A DNA stretch of 64,000 bases from Octopus sinensis (Eukaryota). The position numbers and the translations under genes are program-made. The notes beneath the pieces were generated by a model. That model had not been told where the DNA came from, searched no databases, and was given only the letters and a program-made list of their open reading frames with translations. The stretch is taken from assembly GCF_006345805.1 (NCBI RefSeq), contig NC_043012.1:40734001-40798000 (forward strand), in the 5' to 3' direction. Shown here piece by piece: positions 12,381-23,900 of the stretch (position 1 is the first letter of the stretch; the number at the start of each line of letters is the position of its first letter).

Positions 12381-12506
12381 TGTTGTGAGTTTGCTACCCA
12401 GGTATCGGTTATCTTTCGAATTATCCGTAATAAGATAATTCATTTATCTACTTAAATATTCATATACAGCTTCGCTAAGAACCTGCTACCTTAAACGATA
12501 CCGCAA

Positions 12507-15129
12507 ATGGAGTTGTTCGAGATTAACGCATCCTTTAAGGACATTCCTATACCACCAAAGGAAGCCTTCCTTAAGGAAATTGTCTGCAAAACAAATGTAT
12601 TCATCAACCGGATTAGATGGCTCGTTTTCTTTCATGATAACGAGGATTTAAAACAGAACCAGTCCGCAACATCATCCGAATATAAGAGGCTTTTTAAGTC
12701 GATGGATACACCACCACCTAACCCAAGACTGAAGAAATTTGAGGATGACTTATGGGGCATTGTAAGGAAGATTAAATTCAGGAAGTCGCCCCGGAGGAAT
12801 GAACACCTCAGATACCTAGAGAAAATTACTAAGGATATCAACAGGTCAGACGGAATCCTGGTCCAATCTGACAAAACAAGGAACACGTACAAGTTACCTA
12901 TTAACCAGTACTTAGAATTACTCAGAAAAGAGATCCAGAAGAACTATAGAACCACAAATAGGAACACACTGAGAAAAGTCAGCTTGGAGATTAAGAAAAT
13001 AATGGTTAATTATGGAATTCAAATGAGAACACAACCGCTTAACCCAAAACAACCTAGATTCATCGTTAAGGACCACAAACCAAATTTCCACACCAATCCA
13101 GCATTAAGGCTCATATGCCCTTCTAGTTCTGACATCGGTTCCATCAGTAAGTACATTTTAGACAAATACATTCCTAGTTTAGTCAATAAGCTTAAGCTTA
13201 ACCTTTGGGCGAACTCCACGCAAGTCGTAAATTGGTTTTCTTCCGTTTTCTAATAAAAACAGCACTAAGTTCATTCAGTTCGATATTGCTAATTTCTACC
13301 CCTCGATAAACCCTAGTGTACTCAATAAGGCCCTATGGCACGCGCATAATAAGGCAGGCCTCACAAGGGAGGAAATTAATATAATTCTAGTAGCTAGAAA
13401 ATCCTTTATACAGTTTGAAGATAAGTTATGGGTCTGTAAGGATACTCCCAACGCGTTCCATGTGCCAATGGGAAGCTCAGATAGCGCCCAGATAGCCGAT
13501 TTGGTCGGAATCTATATTCTCTATGAATTAGCCGACTAATTCCCGGACATCTGCGGCGGTCTATATCGAGACGATTGTCTTTTTTACCTACAGAATGCTC
13601 CAAACAGGATACAGAAAACTAAAAATAGATTAGCTAGGTTCTTTAGTAGGATGGGCATGAACATAGTTTTCGACAACAAACTAAGGCCAATTTCTTAGAT
13701 GTTACCCTAAATCTGCATAGCAATTCTTACTACCCCTACCATAAACCTTCTACAAACCTAAAATATGTCAGTATTTTCAGTAACCACGCAAAAACTATCA
13801 CAGATAATTTAGTTAAAAATATTTCTTTAAGATTATCAAATTTATCTGCCAACGTCGACATTTTTAAGCAAAAAGCGGAATTCTATAATGCCACCCTGTC
13901 AAAAGCCGGTTATAGGGAAAAGGTAGCATATATCGACCCGGCCCATCCGAAACCAGTATTTGCTCATCAGGATAAGTTAACTTACAATAATATAAATAAT
14001 ATAAGTAGTGATGGTAGCTCTAGCAATGTTGACACAAATAACATAAGTTGCAGACCAAGGGAGACCATCGAAAGCCAAAACCCATTCTTCAATACAGAGA
14101 TTCCCCCCTTAATGTAAGGGTTAACACTCCGAGCCAGTCCAAGAACAGAAAAAACTATATCTGGTTTGTGATTCCTTTTGGGAAACAAATCGGATCTAAC
14201 CTCCCTTTACAGTTTTGCCAAGCCATTGCCAGGAATTTTCCCAGAAATTCGAGATATTACTCCACTATTAATTCGCACAAAGTAAGGATTGCTTTCTCAA
14301 ATACTAAAAATCTCTCACAGATAATTGCCTCCCATAACAATAAGCTGCTAAATAAGGTCTCATCACCCATGAGCAGAGACACCGCCCTGTCAAATTCCAA
14401 CGTAACATACAGTAATAATAATAGAAATAGCACAGATTTTAGCAGCCTTCATAGCAGCATTGGCGTTAGCAATAGTAATAAGGATAAGAGCACTGGCCAG
14501 GACAACAAAAGGAGGGGGGTCTCAACAATAATAGTAGCAGCGTTCTTAACAACAGTAGTTTTACGGATAATAACAATCACAGCATTCCCAGAAACAGGGA
14601 ATGTGCAGGTGATATTGCCTTAAATAGTAATGAAAAGAGGATGAATAGTATTGTGCCCAAATCCAGCAGTAATTTTTACACCCATCATAGAAATAAGAAC
14701 GCTGTATTAGTATCGGAAACTAATCCCAATAGATTAAGGTTCTTATCATATAACTCCAAAATTAGAAACACCACTTACCAGTGCAAAATTTCTACTGGAA
14801 CCGATGTCTACCTCTATATTGGCGCAACCTCTTCTAAATTAGCCACATGGATCTCCAACCATTTTTCCACGTTCAGAGATAAGAGTAAACAGCACACCAC
14901 GGGGCTAAGCAAATTAGTCTGGCGTTTGAACACAAATTCATCTTTTACGCTGGAATGGTCAATATTGTCGGTGTCCTTACCGTTTGATAAGGCCAGAAAA
15001 ATCTGTGCCCTATGTAATTCCGAACTTTTTCATATTCTGTTTGCCCGAGGCCACGTAATAAACTCGATTGTCGAGAGATCTTTCAGATGTTTACACTGGA
15101 AAAAGCATACCTTTCACTCATACCAATGA
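12507..15129 (+). mobile_element. Penelope-like element copy 3, near full-length RT plus GIY-YIG, several stops/frameshifts
   Basis: MELFEINASFKDIP start, QSDKTRNTY, VKDHKPNF, FIQFDI, PMGSSDSAQIADLVG, GGLYRDDCL, SNHAK, Asn/Ser-rich linker, YQCKI..YLYIGAT..NHFSTFRD..CALC..CLHWKKH. Confidence 0.93.
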
Positions 15130-15653
15130 AGTCTAATATAGACAACCCCTGGATTTCCTACAAAATTAATTTATGATATCTCATCCCTTTAGTTTATAAG
15201 ATTTTCTCATAATTGCTAAGAGCTGCTACCAATTCCAGTAGTCCCCTCGTCTCTTGTCACTACTATTGTGGGCCCTCTCTGCCCACTCCCTCTTAAGTTG
15301 ACACATTCGAACACACAGACACAGTCCTTTCACCTCCTGACTTAATTTTCTGTCAGCCTTCTACACACACATTAAGACAATTATACACACCCACACATAC
15401 GAGCACTCATTCATAAAATAAATCAAATATAAACACCAGTCAAACGGAATGCATTCCCTCACCTTAATACTCTTTTACCTTCCTCCTCCAACCTCAATTG
15501 AACCCTTGAACTCTAGTAACTGCCAATTTCTCCTACATTCAACCAATCTGACGTCACCCCCTATAAATAGACACTATCATTATCGCTATGGGCTCCTCGA
15601 GAGCAGTCATCTAAAAACTTGTTGTGCATTTTGTTGGCGAAAGAAGTTCCTGG

Positions 15654-15739
15654 ATTTTCCTGATGAGAAAGCTGCATAATGGACTCCTTATTCATTCGGA
15701 ATTAGGAATTTTGCAGACTTCGAAACATATGTCGAAAAT
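15654..15739 (+). ncRNA. Type I hammerhead ribozyme 3' of PLE copy 3
   Basis: Stem I ATTTTC/GAAAAT, core CTGATGA 15660-15666, long bulged stem II, GAAA 15722-15725, palindromic stem III ACATATGT, GUC 15731-15733. Confidence 0.88.
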
Positions 15740-17039
15740 AAAATAAAGGAATTTGTTAAATCTTCGCTCAGCTCCATTCTTTCCTATACAAGGCTTTATG
15801 CCTATAATAAGTAGTTCTCTTAGAGAGGTACATCTGCTACAGGACACACCCTTCACGCCATTATTGAAGGTTACCAAGTGAGGTCCTCACTTTAGAAGGG
15901 TGTCTCCATGTTGTTAAACTGCCTTCCTCTTCACATGTGGGCCACATCTTCCATAATGTCTTTTAGACCCTACTTTAATGATTGTGGCAGGATTGGCTCA
16001 TCTGCGCACGAGTGAAACCCCTGTAAAGGATCGTTCTGCTTCGACTTCAATACTGCTGCCGCCTGGCCCCACTCAAAATTAATTTCTTTTTTTTTATATA
16101 CTGGAGCCAATTTACTACTTTAATTTCCCAGGGATGGAAACATTTCTATTTTTCGGTGCTAGCCACATATGGAAAGCTTTCTATACTGCTGTTGGCATTG
16201 TTAATTTTTCCACTGGTCATGTTTTTGTCACTCACCATTTCCCTGTTTTATGTCAGTACTTTTCATTGTTGTTGCTCTTGTTGCTGTCCCCATTCACCCT
16301 CTGAATGCTTGATGTGCCATAACTGGTGACATTGCACATTTTTTCTACAATACTCTCAGCTTCTAGTGGGTCAATAATACTCCGGTTGTTCTCATTGTTG
16401 GCGTTGCTCTCTCTCCAGTCATCTAGTGGAGCGAATAAGAGATGAGGAGGAAAGTCTTTGGCTGTAGGAGGAAGTTATCACTCTTAAAGGGAAAGTGTTG
16501 ACATCTTTTACAAGTAATGTTTTAAAAACTTAAACGAGCATTTCTTTTGGAAAACAAAATATTGCCCCAGAAGGGCCAAAACAACCCAAGAACACCAGTC
16601 AAAAGATTACTGGCGTTCTTAGTAACATCTGATATATTCCACAGCAAATATAATAATAATAATGCTTTCAAATTCTGACACATGGCCAGCAAGTTCAGGA
16701 TAAGCGGTAGGTAAGTAGATCGACCCCCCCCCTCCTCCCCCATGTTCAACTGGTGCTTGTTTTATCAACCCTGAAAGGATGAAAGGTAAAAGCTGGCATC
16801 AATGGAATTTAAACCTAGATGATAATAATAATGATAATTACTATCATAAACAAAAAAAAAAGTCACAAACTTGAGGGAAGTTTCAGTTAAATTGTGTTGG
16901 TTCAAGGAGGATAAAAGGCTAAAATGACTTTGGTGTCATCTGAACACAGAACAAAGACTGCAAAGCATTTTACTCTGATTCTCTAAGGACGGTGCCAGTC
17001 TATCACTCAATGTACTTTTTATAATAAATTAAAAATATT

Positions 17040-17590
17040 GGGGGAAAAAAAAAAAAAAAATTTATATCAATTGATAGTAATTTTTTTTTTGAATTGATAT
17101 TAAAAATTTAAATATCAATTCATATTAAAAAATTTGAAATTATATCAACATCAAAAATTGAGGGAAAAAATGGGTATAAATTGATGTTCTTTTCTACTCT
17201 AGGCCCTAGGTCAGGGGGGGGACAGTCAATTAGATCAACCCCCAGTACACAACTGGTACATAATTTATCAACCCCTAAAGGATGAAAGGCAAAGTCAACC
17301 GCAGCGGAATTTGAACTCAGAATGTAAAGACATGAAATACCACAAAGCATTTCACCCAGCGTGCTAACAATTCTGCCAGCACACCGCCTTTGATATCAGT
17401 TGATATTAAATATGAAAAAAATAAAAAACTGATTTCAATTGATATTAAAAATTAAAAACTGATATCAATTGATATTAAAAATAAAAGAAATTGATATCAA
17501 TTGATATTAAAAATAAAAAAAAAAAACGATACCAAATGATATTAAAAATTAAAAAAACTGATATCAATTGATATTAAAAATTTAAAAACC
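17040..17590. repeat. Tandem array of about 28-30 bp units with palindromic core ATATCAATTGATAT, interrupted by a SINE at about 17200-17390
   Basis: About 10 degenerate copies of (c/t)tgatatcaattgatattaaaaa starting just 3' of the DONSON stop. Confidence 0.8.
17200..17390 (-). mobile_element. tRNA-derived SINE family B (representative; other copies near 20690-20830, 24860-25040, 42090-42270, 43400-43550, 55250-55400)
   Basis: Recurrent ttatcgaccccgaaaggatgaaaggcaaagtcgacctcggcggaatttgaactcagaac; B-box-like gttcaaat on the minus strand. Confidence 0.75.
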
Positions 17591-17623
17591 ACAAACAAAA
17601 AAATTAAAATTAACAAAATATCA

Positions 17624-17950
17624 TCATGATGACCAGACAAAACCATCAGGAGTACAAGTGATATCTGAAACGGAATGTTTAAATGCTGAAACGAGAGAAG
17701 TAGAAGAAAAAGCAGAACCGACTTTGTTATTTAGGCTTTTGCTAGGAAGCGGATTCGAGGAGGCATGCGTCGTTGGAACGTTAAGCGCTAACGTTGGTTC
17801 ATGAGTGTGAAGGGATAAGGTGAAGCTTTGGTCTTGTGTCTGGCGGATCAACTTGACCAGTCTTTGGACATGTGTTGGCAAGATCGGTCCAGCCATCTCC
17901 AGCACGCTGACTTTCTGTCGGTCCTTCTGTAAGGCTGTGCTGTGTTTTAC
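17624..17950 (-). CDS. DONSON: DONSON coding exon 10 (terminal)
   Basis: cctcag|VKHSTALQKD..LEMAGPILP..HTHEPTLALN..GFVWSS*. Confidence 0.92.
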   Translation of the reverse strand, partial: VKHSTALQKDRQKVSVLEMAGPILPTHVQRLVKLIRQTQDQSFTLSLHTHEPTLALNVPTTHASSNPLPSKSLNNKVGSAFSSTSLVSAFKHSVSDITCTPDGFVWSS

Positions 17951-20900
17951 CTGAGGTGGAAGAATTAAGAAACACTAAAAGAATTGCTGCCAAAGTGAGG
18001 CATGCCTTGCACTACAATATACAATACGTCCAATTTTCTGACACAGTATACCTTGGACTACAATATAAAATGTGTCCATCTATTTTGACATACAATACCT
18101 AAGAATACAATATTAAACATGTCCTATTTTCTGACATAGTATATTAAGATGGCAAGGAACCCATTTAAAACCTTCACAATGAAATCTTTTAAGAAAGAAA
18201 AAGTTAATGGTTTATTTTTAGAATATTTGTAAGGTAGGTGTAAGAGGCTGGATCTGACCAGCTGGAACACAGAACAGGTAAATATTTTGGCTGAATATAA
18301 TCAGTCTAACCCTTAAGCATTCAGATTATTTATTCAAATATAATACTCATTAACCATTTCGCTACCGTATTTATTTTGAGATGCTCTGTGTTTCTTTCAA
18401 TTATTTTAAATATAACAAAGAATTTAGTAAAATAACTTAGTTATCATTAAGCTAGTGTTTGGAACATAAATTGTGACTAAGGCTTGGTGGAATATATTAA
18501 TTCAAACCTTATGAAAACAAGACATTTTACCACAGAGCCGGTTTTGGCCGGCTTAGTAACAAAAGGGTTAATTCACATTGTCTTGAATTAATCGCACATA
18601 ATTTTGTAGCTTTGAGATTTAATTACGATAATTTTCAGAATGACATTGTAAAGTAGGTGTGAGAGGCTAGATCTAGCCAGTTTGTACATAAAGCAGGTAC
18701 AATATATTGGCTAGATATGGCCAGTTTAAATGCTAAAGAGTTAATCTGGCAACCAGTCTGACACCTCACCCCACCCACATCACCTCGCAGGCATTCAAGT
18801 GACCCCCCCCCCATCAGCTGGGAGATGACTCCCTCTTTCTTGCCCCACTCTTTCCATCAGCATCAGAGGTTCTGTAAGACCTGATGGAAACTGTCTTTCC
18901 TCTCAACTAAAAGATAAAAAAAAAAAAAAAGTATTGTTGATTTACCAGCAAGAAAATAACAACCAAACCACAAGGAAGGATACATTTGATAATGTGGTTC
19001 CAGCTTTAACACCCTTCATCTTGGGTCTGCTTGGACAAAACTAACATGGGATGGGAAAAAGAACTGCAAATTACCTTCAGTGATTTCAAGGCAGCCCCTT
19101 TGAAAGCATTTGGCGATAAAATGGTCGGCGGGATGCCATGTTGTGGACCAACAGCAGCGATGCAGGCTCTCCAGTTGAGGAGGAAATTAAACAGGGCTTG
19201 GACGTCAACGTCTTGGTCTAGGACTAGCACCGATTCAGGGCGGCAGTCAATCTGTTTAAAACCTTCACGACGACTGAAATCTTTTATTAAGGAAAAAAAA
19301 AAGTGTGAAGCTGGAGGGCGATGAGGGAAAGGCATTAAAAGGAGAGATAACAAGGGGAGGGGGCATAAAACTACCACCCACCCACACACAATGTACGGGG
19401 AACAGAGACAGAGGTGGGAGACAAACTTCTGAACTATACAGCCACGTGTTCCTATATTTATATCAGTGTAGTGATCAGACAACACCTCAAGGAGGCAGTG
19501 GCCAGTGACGGAGACCCTTGGCAATAATATAATGGGCTTCGGAAGACCTGTCAAGTGAGGATCACAATCCTGGCCGACGCCTGTGTTTTGCAACAGGCAC
19601 CCGCACCAGTGGCACATAAAAAGCACCCACTACACTCTTGGGAGTGATTGGCGCTAGGCAGGGCATCGAACTGGAGGAACTGTGTTCAATTAGAATGAAA
19701 CCTGGTGCAGTTTCCCCAGTTCTCAGTCAAAGCATCCAACCCATGCCAGCATGGAAAAACAGACATCAGGTGATAATTATGATGTCAGATGTGGTTATGT
19801 AAGTATATTCCTGGCAATGCACTTCCTCCCACTGCTACAGTTCTCAAATGATAAACACCCAGTTGGCTCGGCTCACAGGCCAGTGTATCTATACACACAC
19901 ACATCCACCGACTTACACACTGCTGTGTGCGTCTTGCCACGGAAGCAACCAAAGTGGACTCACAACCAAAACAATGATGTAGTCAGTCAGTGACAGAGTG
20001 GAAGGGGGGGGGAGACAAGGAGAGAGTGGGGAAAAAAAAAAGAGAAAAGGCTGCCTCTCCAAACACACAGAGTAAACAAGGGGAGATAAGCTATACTATC
20101 TCAAACATTTCAAAGGTCCAGAGAGCAACTTGCTGGTTTGGTTTAAAGCCATTAAACTACTTGGATACGCAGCAAAGATATTCCAAGAGTGAAAAACTAC
20201 ATATTACATAATTGGGGGAGGGGGTATGTAAAGAAAGGAAGATATCTTAACTATATCACATAACAAGCTTACTAGGGGAAGCCTTTGCCTGATTGATGAA
20301 CTGCAAGAAATAGCAGTCAAATTCAAAGGACACATAGGCAGTGTAGTGTTAGATAAAGAAGATAGGACTGTTGATTAGTTTATGGTAAACTAAATCCATA
20401 AACTCAGATTAACTACACAATTCATCACCACTGCCTGGTACTTGGGGTACCAAGAATTACATCTTCTGCCTCATAATATTCTAGAAGCTGTGGTTTCTCC
20501 ATTCTCTCCTCTACCCATGTCAGAGGTTAGGCACTGGCATTACCACCCCCTCCTCCAACATTCCCTTTGGTCGACATTTTTCATTTTACAAATTACGGAC
20601 ATTAAAAAAAAATTGAAACAGATTCAAGGGAGATAACTGCCAAACACGTCAAAAGTTGTATTCTTTTCTACTTTAAGGTACACGGCCTAAAACTTTGTGG
20701 GAGGGGCCCAGTTGATAGGATGAACCCCACTAATTCAACCTCTCAGCGGAATTTGATCAAGACGTAAAGACAGACGAAATACCACTAAACATTTCACCCT
20801 GCATGCTAACGATACTGCCAGCTCGTCACCTTACAAAGTTATATTACCGAGTCACTGATTGAACAGATTTATGACAAAAGACACTCCAGCTGTGATCATC

Positions 20901-23900
20901 CAATCTAACTATATAGAAAAGAATTAAATCTGTAATTGACAACTTTCATAGAAACAAACTTGTAAAACCCCGGTTGAAGCAGTGATGACATCACACTTCA
21001 CATTAGCCCTTACTGAGTAAATCATAAGGGAAAGGATACAGCCTGACCATGTTTGGGTTCAATGAAGGGAAGTTTTTCTTATCAAGCCCAATACTTTCTA
21101 ACCACACAGCAGCACCCTCGTCTGCTATGAAGCCATCTTCTTCTTCCGCCTCCTCCTCCTCCTCTATTTCTTCATTTGGCTGGAAATTCTGTTTCAACTC
21201 TTCAGGGTTGGAACTCGGTACTGTGTTCTCTTGCTCTTCAAATAAATCAACTTCACCATCAATATCACCATCGTCATCAGCAGCTGAGGAATTATGTGAA
21301 CCGATGCTTCAGGGGTAAAAGAAAAAGAAACAAAAAAAAAAAGTCTTCAGACATCATTGCACAAGACACAACAGAAGAGAATGGTATTTAAACCAGCCCA
21401 ACCTGACACAAATATTCTTCTAGACCTGGCTTTTCACACCTACCCTGCAACATCATTCTAAATACAATCACATAGGCGTAGGAGTGACTGTGTGGTAAGT
21501 AGCTTGCTTACCAACCACATAGTTCCGGGTTCAGCCCCACAGCATGGCACCTTGGTCAAGTGTCTTCTACTATAGCCTCGGGCCAACCAAAGCCTTGTGA
21601 GTGGATTTGGTAGACGGAAACTGAAAGAAGCCCATCGTGTATATATGTATACATATATATATACATACATATGTACGTGTGTGCATATGCTTGTGTGTCT
21701 GTGTTTGTCCCCCACCCAATCGCTCGATAACCGATATTGGTGTTTACACCACCACCCCCGTAACTTAGCGGTTCAGCAAAAGACACCGATGGAATACGTA
21801 CTAGGCTTACAAAGAATAAGTCCTGGGGTCGATTTGTTCGACAGTGCTCCAGTATGGCCAGTCAAATGACTGAAACAAGTAAAAGAGTATTGAAATAGCA
21901 AAAGCAACAGGATAAATGCATGATTCACTAAAAACAATATGAATAGGGAAATAAGCAGGACATCGGAGAGAGTAACGGGAATGCTGAAGAGTTGAACCAC
22001 GTCGGAAGGTGTTTCGGAAGTTGACAGCACTGTACAAAGATCAAATATTTCCATGGAGTTCTGTCATTGTTATTTGTCCCAAAACCACTTTGAGAAATAA
22101 CCCTTCAGTGAATAGATATCTACTCATATGGCCTCAAAGTTTAAAACATTAACACAGGGATGTGTGTGTGTGTGTGTGTGTTGCTGGTGTAGTGTAAGAA
22201 GCACCCTTTACACTGTCACAGTGGTTGGCATTTAACCCTTTAGTATTTAAACCGGCCATATCCGGCCAAAATATTTAATCCGTTTTATGTTCAAACTGAC
22301 CAGATCCAGGCTCTCACACCTACCCTACAATGTTATTCTACATTAAGTAATTACACCATCAAGATCTTGAAGATATGAGATAATGCATGATTAATTCAAA
22401 TCAATGTGAATCAACAAGCATTATGTTTGATAGAATAATCTGAACACTAAGGGGTTAAGGCATCCATCCATAGATACCATGCCAAATCAGACTGGAATCT
22501 AGTGCAGCCCTCCAGCTTACCAGTTCCAGGTAAACCATCTATCCATGCCAGCATGGAAAGGAGACATATGATGAGGATGTGTGCGCATGTGAAGACGCAT
22601 GGCCTAGTGGTAAGGTTGCTGGACACAGGATTGCAAGATCAAGCTTTCATTTCCTGGACTGGGTTTTGCATTATGCTCTTGAGCAACGTACTTCATCTCA
22701 CACTGCATACCATGCAGCTGCTCAGGCAATGTCGATTTGATGGAGGGAGTGAACTAATGTATGGCAAATGCATTTTATTGCCATAAACGCTTGGAGAATG
22801 CATCATATATCATCATTTAGCATCCGCTTTCCATGCTAGCATGGGTTGGACGGTTCAACTGGGGTCTGTGAAGCCAGAAGGCTGCATCAGGCCCAGTCTG
22901 ATCTGGCAGTGTTTCTACGGCTACACACACGTGTGCGTGGATGTGTGAATGTATATATAAGCACACATACTTGTATAAGTACAGATGCATACCCGCAGAT
23001 ATATGGGTATATACCCCCATACATACTGCCTCTTCCTACTTCCCCCACAACTGGTTTCTTGTCCACCACACGGTCAATTTGCTGTTACCATGCAGTATCC
23101 CAAATGGCAATTTAAGGCAGTAAGCAGTCTCCTTCAGGTTAAGAATCTGCAGGGTGGTGTGACATAACCAGAGTTACACTCTGGTAAGACAGCAAACAAC
23201 CAAAATGTTTTCTTTTTTAGGGAAAGGCTATGATCATGGTTGTATACAGCAGTCATTGGCAACCTGCCAGGCTGAGTGGGTCGTCTAATGAATCACTTTC
23301 AAATTTTAGTAGTCTGGCCCACCAGATAATGAGCCAGGTCTCATGCGGCCTGCTTCTGGAAAAAGGGTTACCATGCTTGATTTACAGGGTCCTTACAGAT
23401 TTGTCCTGAATAACTGCAGGAGAGTGGAGTTGTGTCACCCAAGATGACATGGTTTATCACCAAAGGAGGTCATGGAGCAAACTGAAATCAAGGGGCAAGA
23501 TTAAACGAAAGGGTTAAGACTGATGTGAACCGGTGACCAGAGTTACAATTGAAGAGAGTTCCAGCCTTGACCACCTCGTCTCTTCCAACATAGTGTATCA
23601 AGGACTACATCAGCTGATGTGCACTACACCACTTTCTGTAACAGATCTGGTTGCTAGTTCAGTCCTGATCCATGCAACAACTGAAGAAAAATTGTTCCAG
23701 ATATGACCATTCCATCAATAATTCAGATACTACTTATTTAGAATAACATTTTTTTTTTTTTGTTTTAAGACAGTGGGTTAAGATATGAGGAAGATTTGAC
23801 TGCTATATCTCGTGGGTAGAGCAACCATATAAACCAGCACTTCATAGGTTACGACTATGAAGGTTCCAGTTGATCCAATCAACGGAACAGCCCATTTATG

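Noticed and set aside
12507-15129. Possible selenocysteine read-through as in Naiad PLEs
   Set aside because: The interruptions I checked are TAA stops or frameshifts, not conserved in-frame TGA.
1-16000. Bacterial contamination suggested by IS1595-like transposases
   Set aside because: They are interleaved with eukaryotic LINE, PLE, Gypsy and hAT fragments and contiguous with an intron-containing gene; eukaryotic Merlin elements explain them.
15745-16480. Possible fourth PLE remnant on the minus strand (RELLIIGIKPCI, Asn-rich stretch)
   Set aside because: Only vague resemblance to a GIY-YIG C-terminus; no catalytic motif recovered.
17040-17590. CRISPR-like appearance of palindromic repeats
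   Set aside because: Eukaryotic context, spacers are A-tracts rather than unique sequences, no cas genes.
19006-19626. 206 aa ORF as a single exon or gene
   Set aside because: Only 19273-19075 is DONSON exon 9; the rest is intron read in frame.
21475-21560. tRNA-like A/B boxes here and at other SINE heads including 62400-62496
   Set aside because: No complete cloverleaf; they continue into SINE bodies, so not called as tRNA genes.
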